Notes: generated by a model not told the origin, from the letters alone. DNA of 64,000 bases from Octopus sinensis (GCF_006345805.1 NC_042997.1:174592001-174656000), one strand, 5' to 3'; positions 13,347 through 26,162 are shown, counted from the first letter of the stretch. Numbers and translations: made by a program.

Positions 13347-13470
13347 GAGTGAGTGAGTGAGTGAGTGAGTGAGTGAGTGAGTGAGTGAGTGAGTGAATGA
13401 GTGAGTGAGTGAGTGAGTGAGTGAGTGATTGAATGAGTGAGTGAGTGAGTGAGTGAGTGAGTGAGTGAGT
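13347..13470. repeat. (GAGT)n microsatellite
   Basis: Direct observation. Confidence 0.95.
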
Positions 13471-13608
13471 GTGTCAGTGAGAAAGAATGTGAAAGCAAGA
13501 AATAAGAGCGTGTAACGATAAGTGAGATAGAATAAGAAATATATGACACCGGATACGTTTGTGTGTATATATGCTAGTAATGTTATTGTGATGGTTGTGA
13601 CGATGATA

Positions 13609-13662
<54 letters not shown>

Positions 13663-14129
13663 GCATCATAGTAGTTGGGGGTATGACGTTGGGAGTATTG
13701 TGGCTGAAACTGGACGAGTGTTGTGAGCGTGGGAACTCGTATAAAAGCAAGTCGGATGCATTGATGGATGGTGATGCAGATAGATAAAGAAAAGAAGAAA
13801 GGGGAAAAAATTAAAAGAAGGAGAAAAAGAAAGAGAAGAAAACCGATAAAGAATGAAAAAGAGAAAAACAAAGTGAAATAGAGAGAACCAAAGCTAGGCC
13901 GAAGAAATAAGAAGTATATACATGATGAAGTATTTCGTTTTGTTTTAGAGTCGGACAAATATGGTGGATGGTATAAAAAGGTTCAGCAGAGTACTCTTCT
14001 GGATTAATATGAAAAGCCGGAATTGTCTATAATTATTCATTTGAAAATCAGTGGTTATATCCTGATCAATTGAGAAATATGCTACATTCCACAATCCATT
14101 TCACAACAACAACAGCAACAACAATTAAA

Positions 14130-14161
<32 letters not shown>

Positions 14162-14239
14162 GATAACAATAATAATAATAAGAAGAATGAAAAAGAGATA
14201 TATGGTATGAACATGAACCTAGTAAAGTACTAGAAAGTT

Positions 14240-14450
14240 TGCCATAGACTCATATAGCCAGTTACCTGGATTTTGTGGTGTATGTATTTCCCTGGGTCAG
14301 CCCAGGATTACTCATCTTGTTAACGTGACTACAGGAACAGGAAATGAAGTGTTTTGCTCAAGATCACAACACATCACCTTGTCCAGGAATCGAAACCACA
14401 ATCTTAAGATTACGAGTGCAACATCCGAACCACTAAGCCATGCGCCTCCG
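14240..14450 (-). mobile_element. SINE with family C tRNA head, degenerate
   Basis: rc reads ggaggcgcatggcttagtggtt...ggtttcgattcctgg...cttgagcaaaacacttcattt. Confidence 0.7.
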
Positions 14451-14641
14451 CACATACATATATTTTTTCCTTTGTTTCTTCATCTCACTCTCCCAATCTC
14501 CTGTTTAACTGTTTAAAGATATAATATAGTTATCATAATCTCTGTTCACCGCCAGCCTTTTGTTCTTTCCGTGTAATAGACAAAGAGAAAGAAAACAGAA
14601 AACTGAGCTTAAAAAAAAAGGATTTTAAGTTTTATATATTA

Positions 14642-15014
14642 CTAGCAGTATCGCCCGGCGTTGCTCGGGTTTGTAAGGGAAATAACTATAAAGCATTTTT
14701 AGAGAGTTATAGCCAAAAAATGGGAAAAAAATGATGGTAAATTTTTTTTAGTTAAAAAGGTCGAGTTGCGTCCCCTAGACAGTCTGTGGTTTGTGTTTCT
14801 GATTCTCGACCCCATGTCGAATTTATCGATTTTTTTCAGAACTGGGGGAACTTTTCAAAATTTTCGCTGCGTTAGTTTTGAATTATGACATTGGGCTATG
14901 TGTGTGTCAAGTTTCATCAGAATCGGTTGAAAGCCGTGGTCAGGGTGAGGGTACAACCTAACAGACACACAGAAACACACACAGACAAACTGCCGTTTAT
15001 ATATAGAGAGAAGA
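14642..15014 (-). mobile_element. Non-autonomous Helitron, apparently complete
   Basis: Minus strand starts A|TCTTCTCTCTATATATAAA and ends with the hairpin cccgagcaacgccggg followed by ATACTGCTAG|T; inserted in an AT site with no TSD. Confidence 0.85.
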
Positions 15015-15992
15015 TCATTTCCAATATTTTTGATATTTCGAACCAGCAGAACTTTGTGGTCGCTCAACCTGAAAGAAATAGTAACTAAATCGCCTTAAAA
15101 ACCCAAACTACGTAATTTATAAATAGTCGAGTTGGCTGTAGCTGGAATGCCTTCCATTATATTCTTACTGGCCCAGAACGAAATAACTATAAAAACCACA
15201 ATATTCGGTGATATTTTTTATTTGTTTTACCGTTGAAAGTTAGCGTTTTCTTTCAAAATAAATTTTCTAAATTTTTCCCCACTTATTTTCTTTCTGTTTA
15301 TTCTGAAATTGAAAACGCGTGAAGATGGTTAAACGAGCGAACATCTTAAACATTGTGCAACAATTGATGTAATGAGATGTTCTTTACTCTTCCTGTGTGA
15401 GTAGTGTACATTTAGATAAATGAATGCGTGTGTCTGTGTGTGCATGTCTGTATGCGTGCGTATATATATATATATATATATATATATGCTTGTATATTTT
15501 ATTTCCAAACAGAGTCTCTCCCAAATTCTTTGTTAGATTGCCACTATTATTGCAGCAGTGATTGTCAAATATTTTATACGCCATATGATATTGTCTTTTC
15601 AATGACAGCTTTATAACATTCACTCACACGTAAATGTATTAAGAATTCGTTAGCCTCAGTATAACTGTCGCTTGCCAGTCATTATTTAAATATAAACACG
15701 ACTTCCATGTCAGATATGTCCCATGGCAAAAATGGCGATGTCTAATTGTGTTCAAACATAACAAACCATATTGTTGTTACATCGAATGAACAATTACGAC
15801 AGAGCTATTCAATTCACCTTTCATTCACTCAAACATTCTTTCATCTCTTCTGTCTCCTTTCATTTTTACTTCGTTCTTTCTATCGCTCTTTCACCCTCTT
15901 GTCCCCACTCTTTATCTCTCTCTCTATATATATATGTATATACATGTATAGTATATATATATATATATATATAATATAATATATATATAATA

Positions 15993-16031
<39 letters not shown>

Positions 16032-16090
16032 TATATACATGTATATGTATATATATATGTATATATATATGGGTGTATGTGTGGTGTGTG

Positions 16091-16127
<37 letters not shown>

Positions 16128-16523
16128 TACCCTTTCTTTCTATCTCTCTCTCTCTCTCTCTGTCTTTCTTTGTTTCTATTTTTTATATTTATCTGCACAT
16201 ATACATGCGTGTGTGTTTACGTGTATATATGCGTATATGAGAGTGTTTGTGTTCGTATTGATGAACCTAGCCTACCTAGAATTTTAGTAGGAAACTAGTC
16301 ACACTGAGAGACAGACAGAAAGATAAACATATGAATAGATAAACACACATAGAAACAAAATTGATATGGACGTACATAAATGCCTATGGTCATCGATTGA
16401 TTCATTGAAAGATTGATTAACTGATTTGACATGGCCTTATTTTTCAAATTTGAAAAATTTGAATGTATAAGCACGAGGCATATACTAGATTGCCTCGTGT
16501 ATACATATTTAATCTAAGGTGTA

Positions 16524-16593
16524 CCTGCTGAAGAAGGCTTTGCCTAGCAAATCATTTTATTTGTTAAATAAAGTCTGAAACCATTGGTCCAGG
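16524..16593 (+). ncRNA. Type I hammerhead ribozyme motif, intact core
   Basis: cctg-CTGAAGA-aggcttt...aaagtct-GAAAC-cattg-GTC-cagg: stem I cctg/cagg, 7-bp stem II, short self-complementary stem III, GUC cleavage triplet. Confidence 0.85.
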
Positions 16594-16994
16594 AGTTAGA
16601 TGGTAAATGTTTTCATTTTTCATTCCCTTCGATATTATATCCGTAATAGTGGTTCGGATTTTAACTGTCCTCTCTAACGTGCGGGTAGTCCTATGATAGC
16701 TACCTCTTATATGTTTAAATGTACACTGTATTTATATGAATAATATATAGTCTATTGACTAAATTTTTACACGCTAGGCTACTGGTAATGGAAATTTCTA
16801 ATACTTCAGATTACCCTTTGATATTGATAATTATTAGATAATTTTGGGGGATAATTTTCTAAATGAAAAAGCCGGCATATTTATTTACTGCCGACAAGGA
16901 GCTGCGCTTGCGTTGTAAATTTGAAATATAAAAATGTATAAGCACGGGGCATACACTGGATTGCCACGTGTATATATATTTAATCTAAGGTGTA

Positions 16995-17064
16995 CTTGCT
17001 GAAAAAGGTTTCGCCTAGCAAATTATTTTATTTGATAAAAAAAGTCTGAAACCATTGGTCCAGG
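16995..17064 (+). ncRNA. Type I hammerhead ribozyme motif with G8A core mutation
   Basis: cttg-CTGAAAA-aggtttc...aaagtct-GAAAC-cattg-GTC-cagg; paralog of 16524. Confidence 0.7.
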
Positions 17065-17302
17065 AGTTAGATGGTAAATGTTGTATTTTTCATTCCTTTC
17101 GATATTTTATCCCAAATTGTGATTTGGAATTTAACTGTCCTTTCTAGCATGCAGGTAGTCCTATGATAGCTACCTCTTATGTGTTTCAATGTACACTGTA
17201 TTTATATGAATAATATATAGTCTATTGACTGAAGTTTTACACACTAGGCCACTGGTAATGAAAATTTCTAATATTTCAGATAACCCTTTGATACTGTTAA
17301 TT

Positions 17303-17335
<33 letters not shown>

Positions 17336-17572
17336 CATACACATACAGACAGCCAGATATATTTATTTATGTATGTATGTCTGTATATACATGTGTATAT
17401 ATACGTATGTATCTATGTATATGTGTAGGCATACTGCGCACATACACAAATCAATTGTTATCTATATATTGTGGTAACTATGTTTGTCTTTACGCACCAG
17501 GTCGTAATACAAGTGCACATGTATTAAATACATACTGATATATATATACATACATATATATGTGTGTCTATG

Positions 17573-17614
<42 letters not shown>

Positions 17615-18099
17615 TGGAGGTGGTGCACCAGCATGACCTCAGGCCTCGGCTGAAACCAGTATGAGATATATATATATTTATATATACGTATGTGTGTTTG
17701 TATATTTATATATATATATCATACATTTATATATATGCATACATACACATATACACAAACACACACACAGAAGCACACACTCACACACACACATACACAC
17801 ACACACACACACACACGCACACACACACACACACATATATATAAATATAAATATATGTATATATATTGTTTGTAATGTGTGTGCGTGTGTGTGTGCACAT
17901 ACGCACATGTATGTTACTGGGGTGACGAGTTAATGGGAGCAGAGTCAACCCATTTATAATACAGAACTTGAAGTGAGAAATCCAAATATGAATCCGTCTA
18001 ATCCATAGTCGCGAATCCAACTGTATATACATGTGTGCCTGAGTGTGTAACTGTATATGTGCCACTGTGTGTATGTGGTGGTGTGTGTTTGCATGTGCG

Positions 18100-18149
<50 letters not shown>

Positions 18150-18474
18150 TGTTTGTGAGTGTATGTGTGTGTTTGTTTGTGTGTATATGTTATGTATTAA
18201 AGATCACATGAATGTCATTTTAATCCAGGCCGGTATATCCCGATTAATATAATATAAACATTAAGTCTGTATACACAATGTGTTCACAGACAGAAAGAAC
18301 AATCAGCTGCGCATGCGTATTTCAGCTCTGTTTCGTCGACAGTTTTATACCTTCCTTAATTTGCTGCACACTTTTGCTTCTAAACCCACTCACTAACATT
18401 GGTTGCTAAAGTTAACTGCATAGACCAAATTGCATGTGTAACATTTCCTTGTCATCTTAATAGTGTTTCATTTC

Positions 18475-18524
18475 CATGGCTGTATGGTTAGGACAATCGT
18501 TTTGAATCCACATAGTTTTATGTT

Positions 18525-18555
<31 letters not shown>

Positions 18556-18760
18556 CACGTGTGTGTGTCTTTGCGTCTGTGTTTGTCTCCCCACCCATCG
18601 TTTGATAGTTGGTGTTGGTTTATTTAAAAACTCGTAACATAGCGGTTCGGTTGAAGCGACAGATAGAATGAGTACCAGGCTTTGAAAAAAACTAATTACT
18701 ACATTCGATCTGTTCTACTAAAGTCTAAGGCATGGCTGCAGTCTAACGACTAAAACACCT
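18475..18760 (+). mobile_element. SINE family B, degenerate
   Basis: atggctgtatggtta...(TG)n...cgtaacatagcggttcgg...catggctgcagtc. Confidence 0.65.
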
Positions 18761-18984
18761 CATCGATAAGAGATAAAATCTAGAATATATCTACAGAAAA
18801 TCTTTTGGTTTGTTTTTGTTGCTGCTGCTGTTTTGTGCTTGATCAAAAGTTTTGATGAAAGACATTTTTGTCGCGACCATTTTGTCTGTTAACTAGAACT
18901 CAGTTACTTAATGAATCTTCGCTTGTTTAAGAACGTCGGCATGCCGTTTGACTGAAGTTTACCTGTCGTATCTTTTGTGTAGAA

Positions 18985-19383
18985 CGGTCGTTCTCAACCA
19001 CTTTTTTTTACATGAGGGTTCCTTTGATTCCTTATTTCTATCAAATGGCCAAAAATCACCATATTTTGATATTTAAGAATTGTAAAGGTGGCGAGCTTGC
19101 AGAATCGGTAGCATGCCAGGCTTTACGTTTTGAAGTCGACGTTGCCTCTTATCTTTTTGAGGTCGATAATATAATTACCAGTTGAATACTGGGGTCGATG
19201 TACTTGACTTACCACCTCCACCGAAATTGCTGGCTTTGTGCCAAAATTTGAAACCAAATATTATTAGGAATTGTATTTATAAATATATGTTAAAATATTT
19301 TGTATATTGTAGAGGTATAACCGATTTATTGCCCATAAATTTTAACAGCAATATCTTCTATGGATCCCGATTGAAAACCACTG
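18985..19383. mobile_element. hAT (Charlie-like) MITE with an internal SINE A fragment (~19085-19260)
   Basis: Imperfect termini cggtcgttctcaacc / gattgaaaaccactg resemble CAGTGGTTCTCAACC-type TIRs; no TSD visible. Confidence 0.5.
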
Positions 19384-19545
19384 AAGGAAAACGACCACGT
19401 AGAGACCATTAAATAGGCTCATAATTGAAGGATATTGAGAGACAGATAAAAATATGTTAGGAAAAGAAAGGAAGCCTTATCGTTTTGAGAAACAAACTCA
19501 CAGCATCACCATTATCAATTGATGTTATTGCTGCTATTTGTTTTA

Positions 19546-19934
19546 TTTGTTTGTTTGTTTGTTTGTTTGTTTGTTGAGCGAAGCGGTCTTCGTCCCAGTA
19601 ATGGGAGAAGTCCGAAACGTGGTCCTTTGCAATTCGTAAGACCCGCAGAAGAGAAAGCAGGTCAACCCCCGACACCGAGAGCATCGACGGATGGATGAAT
19701 GCGCATCCAGGCTCAGCGGTTGCGTAGGAAGTCGGGGACAAGGAACTGGAAGAAAGAGTGAGAGAAAGTTGGAGCGAAAGAGTACAACAGGGTCGCCACC
19801 CCACCCCCTGCCAGAGCCTCGTTGTGATTTAGGTGTTTTCGCTCAATAAACACACAACGCCGGTCTGGGAATAGAAATCGCGAACCTCCGACCGCGAGTC
19901 CGCTGCCCTAACCACTGGGCCATTGCGCCTCCAC
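19546..19934 (-). mobile_element. SINE family C head with a distinct body and (AAAC)n tail
   Basis: rc head tggaggcgcaatggcccagtggttagggcagcggactcgcggtc; shared linker ctttctctcactctttcttcc; tail (tttg)n at 19546-19575. Confidence 0.85.
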
Positions 19935-20706
19935 TTTGTTGCTGCTGTTTATCACTAAGCCAACGACGATCGTGCAAATCTATGTTCAAGAACGTTTCCA
20001 AGTTATCTAACATGTCTTTAGTTTTAGACAGAAGATGTGAATTGAAGAATTTTTACTACTCTTTCTAGCAGACAGAGCGACGGTATGGAGGGCCGTCCCA
20101 TAAACCAAAAAGATTAAGGTAAATTATTCTTTCTCAACATACAAACAAAATATACAGTGTAGAAGAAAAAAGTATTAATAAGAGATAAACAAGCGAACCA
20201 AACGACATAAACATTATGACACGTGACATTTAAACATTTAAAGGTCAGAAGGAAAAGTAGACGCCTATATGAATCAGATCAAAGAACGAGTATTTGAAAC
20301 CAAATGTGGCTTTGGCTTCAAGTATGAAGGTCTGCTGATAATTAAGCAGCGTTGTTGTTCAATCAAATAATTCCACACAGTGTTAGATTAGGTAATATAA
20401 TCTCTTGCGCATCGTGAAAAATCTAGCGAGCAGTCAGAAGTACTCTAAATGAAAAAAAAAAGAAGCTACTTTTGTAGTCTCGTATACTTGTACGTGTATG
20501 GCAAAACCAGTAAATACAATATACGCCTAAGTATGTATGAACGTGTGTATGTGTAAAAGTGCATATCAATAACACTAAACTCACACGTACATACAAACAG
20601 ATACACATATACATAAACATACACATGAATATACCCATATATATCCATTATGCTTATATAAACATATGTATAAATATACATACATTCATACATATATATA
20701 TATATA

Positions 20707-20932
20707 CCGGTATAAACACATAAATGTGAAACAAGGTGGGAAACAAAGTACTCAAATACCAGAGGTAGAGTAATATGCTTTATTTAAATGCAGCAGAAAT
20801 TTAACAAAAGCTGTTACTCGGAGTTTTACGTTCCCGTTCGTCGGACAGTTTGTTAACAAAACTGTCCAACGAACGGGAACATGAAATTCCGAGTAACAGC
20901 TTTTGTTAAATTTCTGCTGCTTTTAAATAAAG
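20707..20932. mobile_element. PLE-type terminal repeat in fold-back arrangement (palindrome 20778-20932) with hammerhead motifs in both arms
   Basis: Arm consensus ctgt-CCGACGA-acg-ggaa-cgt-GAAAC-tccga-GTA-acag (each arm carries point mutations); same family as 52391-52622; embedded in (TA)n. Confidence 0.75.
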
Positions 20933-20976
<44 letters not shown>

Positions 20977-20979
<3 letters not shown>

Positions 20980-21320
20980 AGGTTTGGAGATGATGTACAG
21001 GTATTATATATTAGAAGAAATGGGGTAATCAGAAGATCGGATGGTTTATATTTACAGATATTTATTTATATATTACATTTTATATATATATATATATCAT
21101 ATCACTAAGATCATTAGCGCTTTCTCCCATTCTAGTGGGGTTTTCAAATCAAAAAGGAAGAAAGAGTGAGAGAAAGTTGGAACGAAAGAGCACACTAGAA
21201 TGGGAGAAAGCGCTAATGATCTAAGTGATATGATATATATATAAAAAATGTAATATATAAATAAATATCTGTAAATATAAACCATCCGATCTTCTGATTA
21301 CCTCATTTGTTCTAATATAT
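20977..21320. mobile_element. PLE-type terminal repeat in inverted arrangement (arms 21006-21137 and 21193-21320)
   Basis: Near-perfect ~130-bp inverted arms inside (TA)n; the spacer contains a SINE C linker fragment. Confidence 0.7.
21109..21150 (-). ncRNA. Hammerhead-like motif with U3:A8 core variant
   Basis: rc: gat-TTGAAAA-c-ccca-ctagaa-tggg-a-GAAA-GCGC-TA-atgatc; the 5' strand of stem I is truncated. Confidence 0.55.
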
Positions 21321-21338
21321 ATATATATATATATATAT

Positions 21339-21449
21339 TGGCCTGCTCGCTTAGCCAGCGGAGTGGAGTCATTCGAAGGCTAAAACAATGCGTTCGCATT
21401 GTGACCAGCGATGTGTAACAACATCTGATGGTCTGGTCGGTCACGTGAT

Positions 21450-21458
<9 letters not shown>
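21339..21458 (+). mobile_element. Short retroposon 3'-end-like fragment in (TA)n
   Basis: GC-richer island ending in repeated tcacgtga units; family not identified. Confidence 0.35.
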
Positions 21459-21488
<30 letters not shown>

Positions 21489-21520
21489 AAGAAAAACAAG
21501 CACACACACACCCACACACC

Positions 21521-21562
<42 letters not shown>

Positions 21563-22369
21563 CAGAGGTTGGACAAAATAATGGAAACACCTATTATCAT
21601 AGCATCATGATTTTGAGATATTTATAAAACCGTCAAAAGCTTGTTTATTTATATATTTTTTATTATTAGTGTTTCATCATATGTTTTCCTAAAATTGCTG
21701 TTTCTTTTCGGACATCATCAGAAAAAGGTAATTAAAATACAATAAAATGACAGATCTGTCGGACTTTCAAAGCGGTCAAATTGTTGGAGCTCGATGACAG
21801 GCGATAGCGTAACGAAAGCAGCCGAAATGTTTGGTGTATCAAGAAGTACAGCCTCAAAAGTAATGGCAGCCTATGGGAAAGAGGAAAAAAACCTCCTCGT
21901 CGAAACAAAACTCCGGCAAAAAATCAAAACTTTCAGATAGGGATCATCGGACTCTTACGCGAATTGTTAGAAAGGATTACAAAAGTACAGCTCCCAAAAT
22001 TACTGCAGAGCTTAATGACCACCTCGAGAACCCAATTCCCGCAAAAACTGCTCGCCGGAAGCAACACAAAATCGGATTTCACTTGAGGGCTGCAATAAGA
22101 AAACCACTACTTTCAAAAATAAACGTTGCAAAGCGTTTAGGGTGGAGTAAAAACCTACAGAATTGGTCCCTAGAGCAGTAGAAGAATGTTGTTTTCTTGG
22201 ACGAGTCATCTTTTACCTTATTTCTGACCACCGGCCGAGTATACGTGTGGAGACAACCAAAAGAAGCATTTGACCTAGACTGCCTTCTTCCAACTGTTAA
22301 ACATGGAGAAGGATCTGTGGTGATCAGGGAAGGGGCTATATCTTGGAAATCCGCCGGCCCAATGGTTTC
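21563..22369 (+). mobile_element. Tc1-family DNA transposon, 3'-truncated
   Basis: TA followed by TIR cagaggttggacaaaataatggaaacacc (21563-21591), then a transposase pseudogene; breaks off into (TA)n. Confidence 0.9.
21747..22369 (+). pseudogene. Tc1 transposase pseudogene (HTH domains and first catalytic D)
   Basis: MTDLSDFQSGQIVGAR..AAEMFGVSRSTASKV..KLSDRD..RKPLLS..W..VVFLDES..VWR..PTVKHG; frameshifts and an in-frame stop. Confidence 0.9.
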
Positions 22370-22373
22370 ATAT

Positions 22374-22426
<53 letters not shown>

Positions 22427-22440
22427 TAAATATATATATA

Positions 22441-22480
<40 letters not shown>

Positions 22481-22530
22481 TATATATATATATATACATA
22501 TCTGATATATATATATATATATATACATAC

Positions 22531-22572
<42 letters not shown>

Positions 22573-22819
22573 ATGTGTGCGCGTGTGTGTGTATTTGTGT
22601 GTGCGCGCTTATAAGACTGTGTGTGTGTAAATATACTACGGACACATAAGCACAACATAAATAATATATACACACAAACATATATATGGGAGTGTGTGTG
22701 TGTAGCTATTAATCTATTTATCTATCTAAAAGTCGCGCCCCTTTTTCTCTCTCCTTATAGGTATATATATATATATATATATATACACGCACACAAACGC
22801 ACATACAGAGATACATACA

Positions 22820-22854
<35 letters not shown>

Positions 22855-22881
22855 GATTTTGATTTGATTTGATTTTGATTT

Positions 22882-22929
<48 letters not shown>

Positions 22930-23041
22930 ACATATATATATATAATGTATATTAGTATAAAAGTATGACGTGTCAGTGTAAGCTTGTATGTATGTTTCTA
23001 TGTAATAATGTATGTACGCATGTACTTATATATATATATAA

Positions 23042-23072
<31 letters not shown>

Positions 23073-23225
23073 TGTATGTATATATATATGCATATATACA
23101 CACAGACACATATATATGTCTGTATATACATATTTATGTATTTGTATATATATACATATATTTATTTACACACATATATGCATAGATACTTATACATACA
23201 TATACATGTATATACATATGTACAT

Positions 23226-23261
<36 letters not shown>

Positions 23262-23276
23262 TATATATATATACAT

Positions 23277-23333
<57 letters not shown>

Positions 23334-23918
23334 CACACACATAAACTAAGGTACAGATACAAATATACATGTAGTTTAGACTCTGATACAACGACCACCT
23401 ACCAACAAATATTTTAGCAGACAACTATGATGAGAAGCGCAGACATCATCCACCAGAAATATTTCGGAAGTGACTGGCATATTGAATTCTTTAACATGTA
23501 TAAATGTGAAAAAAGCGAAAGTAATGTATAAAAAAATTACGTACATCCACAACAATTCCTATATATTTAATCATACATATATGCGCATAAAGTGTGAATG
23601 TATATGCATATATTTCCTCATACGCATATTTATCGTGTGTGCTTTTTTTGGTACTTTTCTTGACTTTTGTCGCCTAGCAATCTACCCACCTCCATCTCAT
23701 TCTCTCCACTCTCTTTTTTTATATTCTGTGTATATATGTATGCATGTATGTATGTATGATGTATGTATGTATGTATGTATGTGTGTATGTATATATATAT
23801 ATATATCTATATATTATATAATATATATATATATATAGATATATGTATGTATGTATGTATATATATATATATACATATGTATATATGCATAGATAGATAG
23901 ATAGATAGATAGAAAGAT

Positions 23919-23988
<70 letters not shown>

Positions 23989-24414
23989 AGTATATTGATA
24001 TAAATCCATGAATATATATATCTGCACATGTACACATGTATATATACGTATATATATATATATATTATATATATATATATATATACTATATATATATATA
24101 TATACGTGCAAGCATACATACATACATACATACATACTTACATACATACATGCATACATACATGTGTATATTGTGTGTGTGTTTTAGTTTAGTGCGTGTA
24201 CAGATTTTCACATGTGTGTGTGTGTGACCATCTGTAATGATACTGGTGGATACATAAGTACATATATACATACATACACAAACACATGTATATATATAAA
24301 CATATATGCATACGTACATTCATGCACGCGCATGCACACACATATGCGCACCCGTATCTGTATGTGTGTGACTGCGTTTGTTCGTGTGTTAGGGTTTGTG
24401 TGTGTGTGTCTGTG

Positions 24415-24450
<36 letters not shown>

Positions 24451-24932
24451 TATATATTTTCTTTATCTCAGCAAATATTTCTATAATCGTTTATTTATCT
24501 CTCTCTATATCGAACTATATTAAATCAAAGAATGAAATTTATGGTATTATCTCTCATTCTCTAATTATGGTCGTCTCTGCACAACATAGGAAATAAACTT
24601 TATGAATATAATAAATATTAATGTTGATATGAACATAAATGAATTCCTATGATTATAATACTGGATGTCCCTAAAGGCTGGACGCATAGTCGAGATGTAT
24701 ATTTTCAAGAAATACATGTAAAATTTTCAACAACATTTTATTCAATTGGGATATTAACATATCTTCAATATGATTTTCACTATTTGTGATGAAAAGGTCG
24801 ATGCGCTTTGCAAGATTTACGTGAACCGGACGCAATAACTCCACACTGCCGTCATTTTGAGCACATTCATCGTTGAACAACACACAGTCGTCGGTAAAAC
24901 GCTTGTTTTCATCCAATATGTCTCCACACTTT

Positions 24933-25185
24933 GTGGAGGCGCGTCGCTTAGTGGTTAGGGTGTCAGTGTCATGACCGTAAGATTGTGGTTTCGATTTCTG
25001 GACTCGGGTGACGCGTTGTGTTCTTGAGGAAAACAATTCATTTCACGTTGCTCCAGTCCACTCAGCTGGCAAAAGTGAGTAACGCTGCGATGGACTGGCA
25101 TCCCGTCCAGCTGGGCAACACATACGCCATTGAAACCGGGAAACCGGGCCCATGAGCATGGCTAGGCTTTAAAAGGGCGCATTTA
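24933..25185 (+). mobile_element. SINE with C-type tRNA head, CORE-like segment and V-domain-like motif
   Basis: ttcttgaggaaaacaattcatttcacgttgctcc followed by ctgcgatggactggcatcccgtccag. Confidence 0.8.
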
Positions 25186-25193
25186 TTATTTAT

Positions 25194-25462
25194 GTGGAGG
25201 CGCAATTGCCCAGTGGTTAGGGCAGCGGACTCGCGGTCGGAGGATAGCAGTTTCGATTCCCACCTAAAGCTCCACGAGGTTCCGGCAGGGGGTGGTGGCG
25301 ACCCCTGTTGTACTATTTTGCCCCAACTTTCTCTCACTCTTTCTTCCTGTTTCTTGGGTAACGCTGCGATGGACTGGCGTCCCGTCCAGCTGGGGCAACA
25401 CATACGACACAGAAACCGGGAAACCGGGCCCATGAGCCTGGCTAGGCTTGAAAAGCGCGTAA
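25194..25462 (+). mobile_element. SINE family C with V-domain-like body
   Basis: tggaggcgcaattgcccagtggttagggcagcggactcgcgg head; same 3' module as 24933. Confidence 0.85.
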
Positions 25463-25616
25463 AAATATATGTGTCCACACTTCAAGGACACGCTGTATAT
25501 TTTTGCGACGTAGACAATGTGCATTTCTTCAGTCTTAAAAATATAACTAGTCCGTTAGCCATGAACTTTGCTTACATATGCAAAGTACATATGTATTCAA
25601 TTGTATGTGTATGAAT

Positions 25617-25815
25617 TTGAGGGGCTGCGGAAAAGTTCCTTGTTTTGGGTAAAATAAAATACAGGAGAATCAGGGATCAGTTAATTAGGATTTTATTCAG
25701 CATATTACCCTCTTAGATCCTCACACTTATTGCAGCAGTCCTTCAGTTTTTTTCAGCCCTTTATATGAACTCGAAAGTTTGAGCCTGCAGACAAGTCTTT
25801 CGTGACAACCTTAAA
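25617..25815 (-). mobile_element. Mariner 3' terminal fragment
   Basis: TIR-like tgaggggctgcggaaaagttcc; minus strand resembles a transposase C-terminus (KC..RG.YAE*). Confidence 0.55.
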
Positions 25816-25825
25816 GCCAGGATCT

Positions 25826-26162
25826 GAGAACCCCTTCGGTCACGACACAGACCATGGGATTGCACCTAGACAGTCACCTTCCAAAGCACAAGTCCGGGCA
25901 AGGTTGTTTATGGAAGACCAGCAGTTGCCCATGCGTACCGGCCTCCCCTCTCCACGCCACCAGTGTTATCCAAGGGAAAGGCAAGGCCCGATGCAGCTTA
26001 GCACCTGTGACGTCGCAACTCATTTCTACAGCTGAGTGAACTGGAGCAACGTGAAATAAAGTGTCTTGCTCAAGAACACAACACGCAGCCCGGTCCGGAA
26101 TTCGAGCTCACAACCTCACGATCGTAAGCTCGACGCTCTAACCACTGAGCCATGCACCTTCA
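25826..26162 (-). mobile_element. SINE with tRNA head, CORE-like segment and a distinct 3' body
   Basis: rc aggtgcatggctcagtggttagagcg...ttcttgagcaagacactttatttcacgttgctccagttcactcagctg. Confidence 0.8.

Larger units (their letters stand above)
16446..17303 (+). mobile_element. Penelope-like element remnant: two tandem terminal repeats (471-bp period) separated by an ORF 3' tail
   Basis: 16446-16835 is repeated at 16917-17303; spacer 16847-16918 reads GDNFLNEKAGIFIYCRQGAALAL*, resembling the LNxxxExxxxCRH end of PLE GIY-YIG ORFs; each repeat holds a hammerhead motif. Confidence 0.7.
24659..25497. mobile_element. Tc1/mariner-type MITE carrying a nested SINE pair
   Basis: Imperfect TIRs tactggatgtccctaaaggctggacgca and tgtgtccacacttcaaggacacgctgta; the SINE insert is flanked by duplicated atatgt(c/g)tccacactt. 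Confidence 0.6.

Noticed and set aside
13308-13958. 216-aa ORF with hydrophobic segments
   Set aside because: Built from purine-rich, (GAT)n and (GAGT)n low-complexity DNA.
16446-17303. CRISPR-like or satellite array
   Set aside because: Only two long diverged units with no repeat-spacer pattern; eukaryotic context.
24671-25036. 121-aa ORF of normal composition
   Set aside because: Starts inside a SINE and runs through a MITE interior; no recognisable domain.
25194-25262. tRNA-like sequences with A and B boxes (also in other SINE heads)
   Set aside because: They continue into SINE bodies and lack a complete cloverleaf; SINE heads, not tRNA genes.
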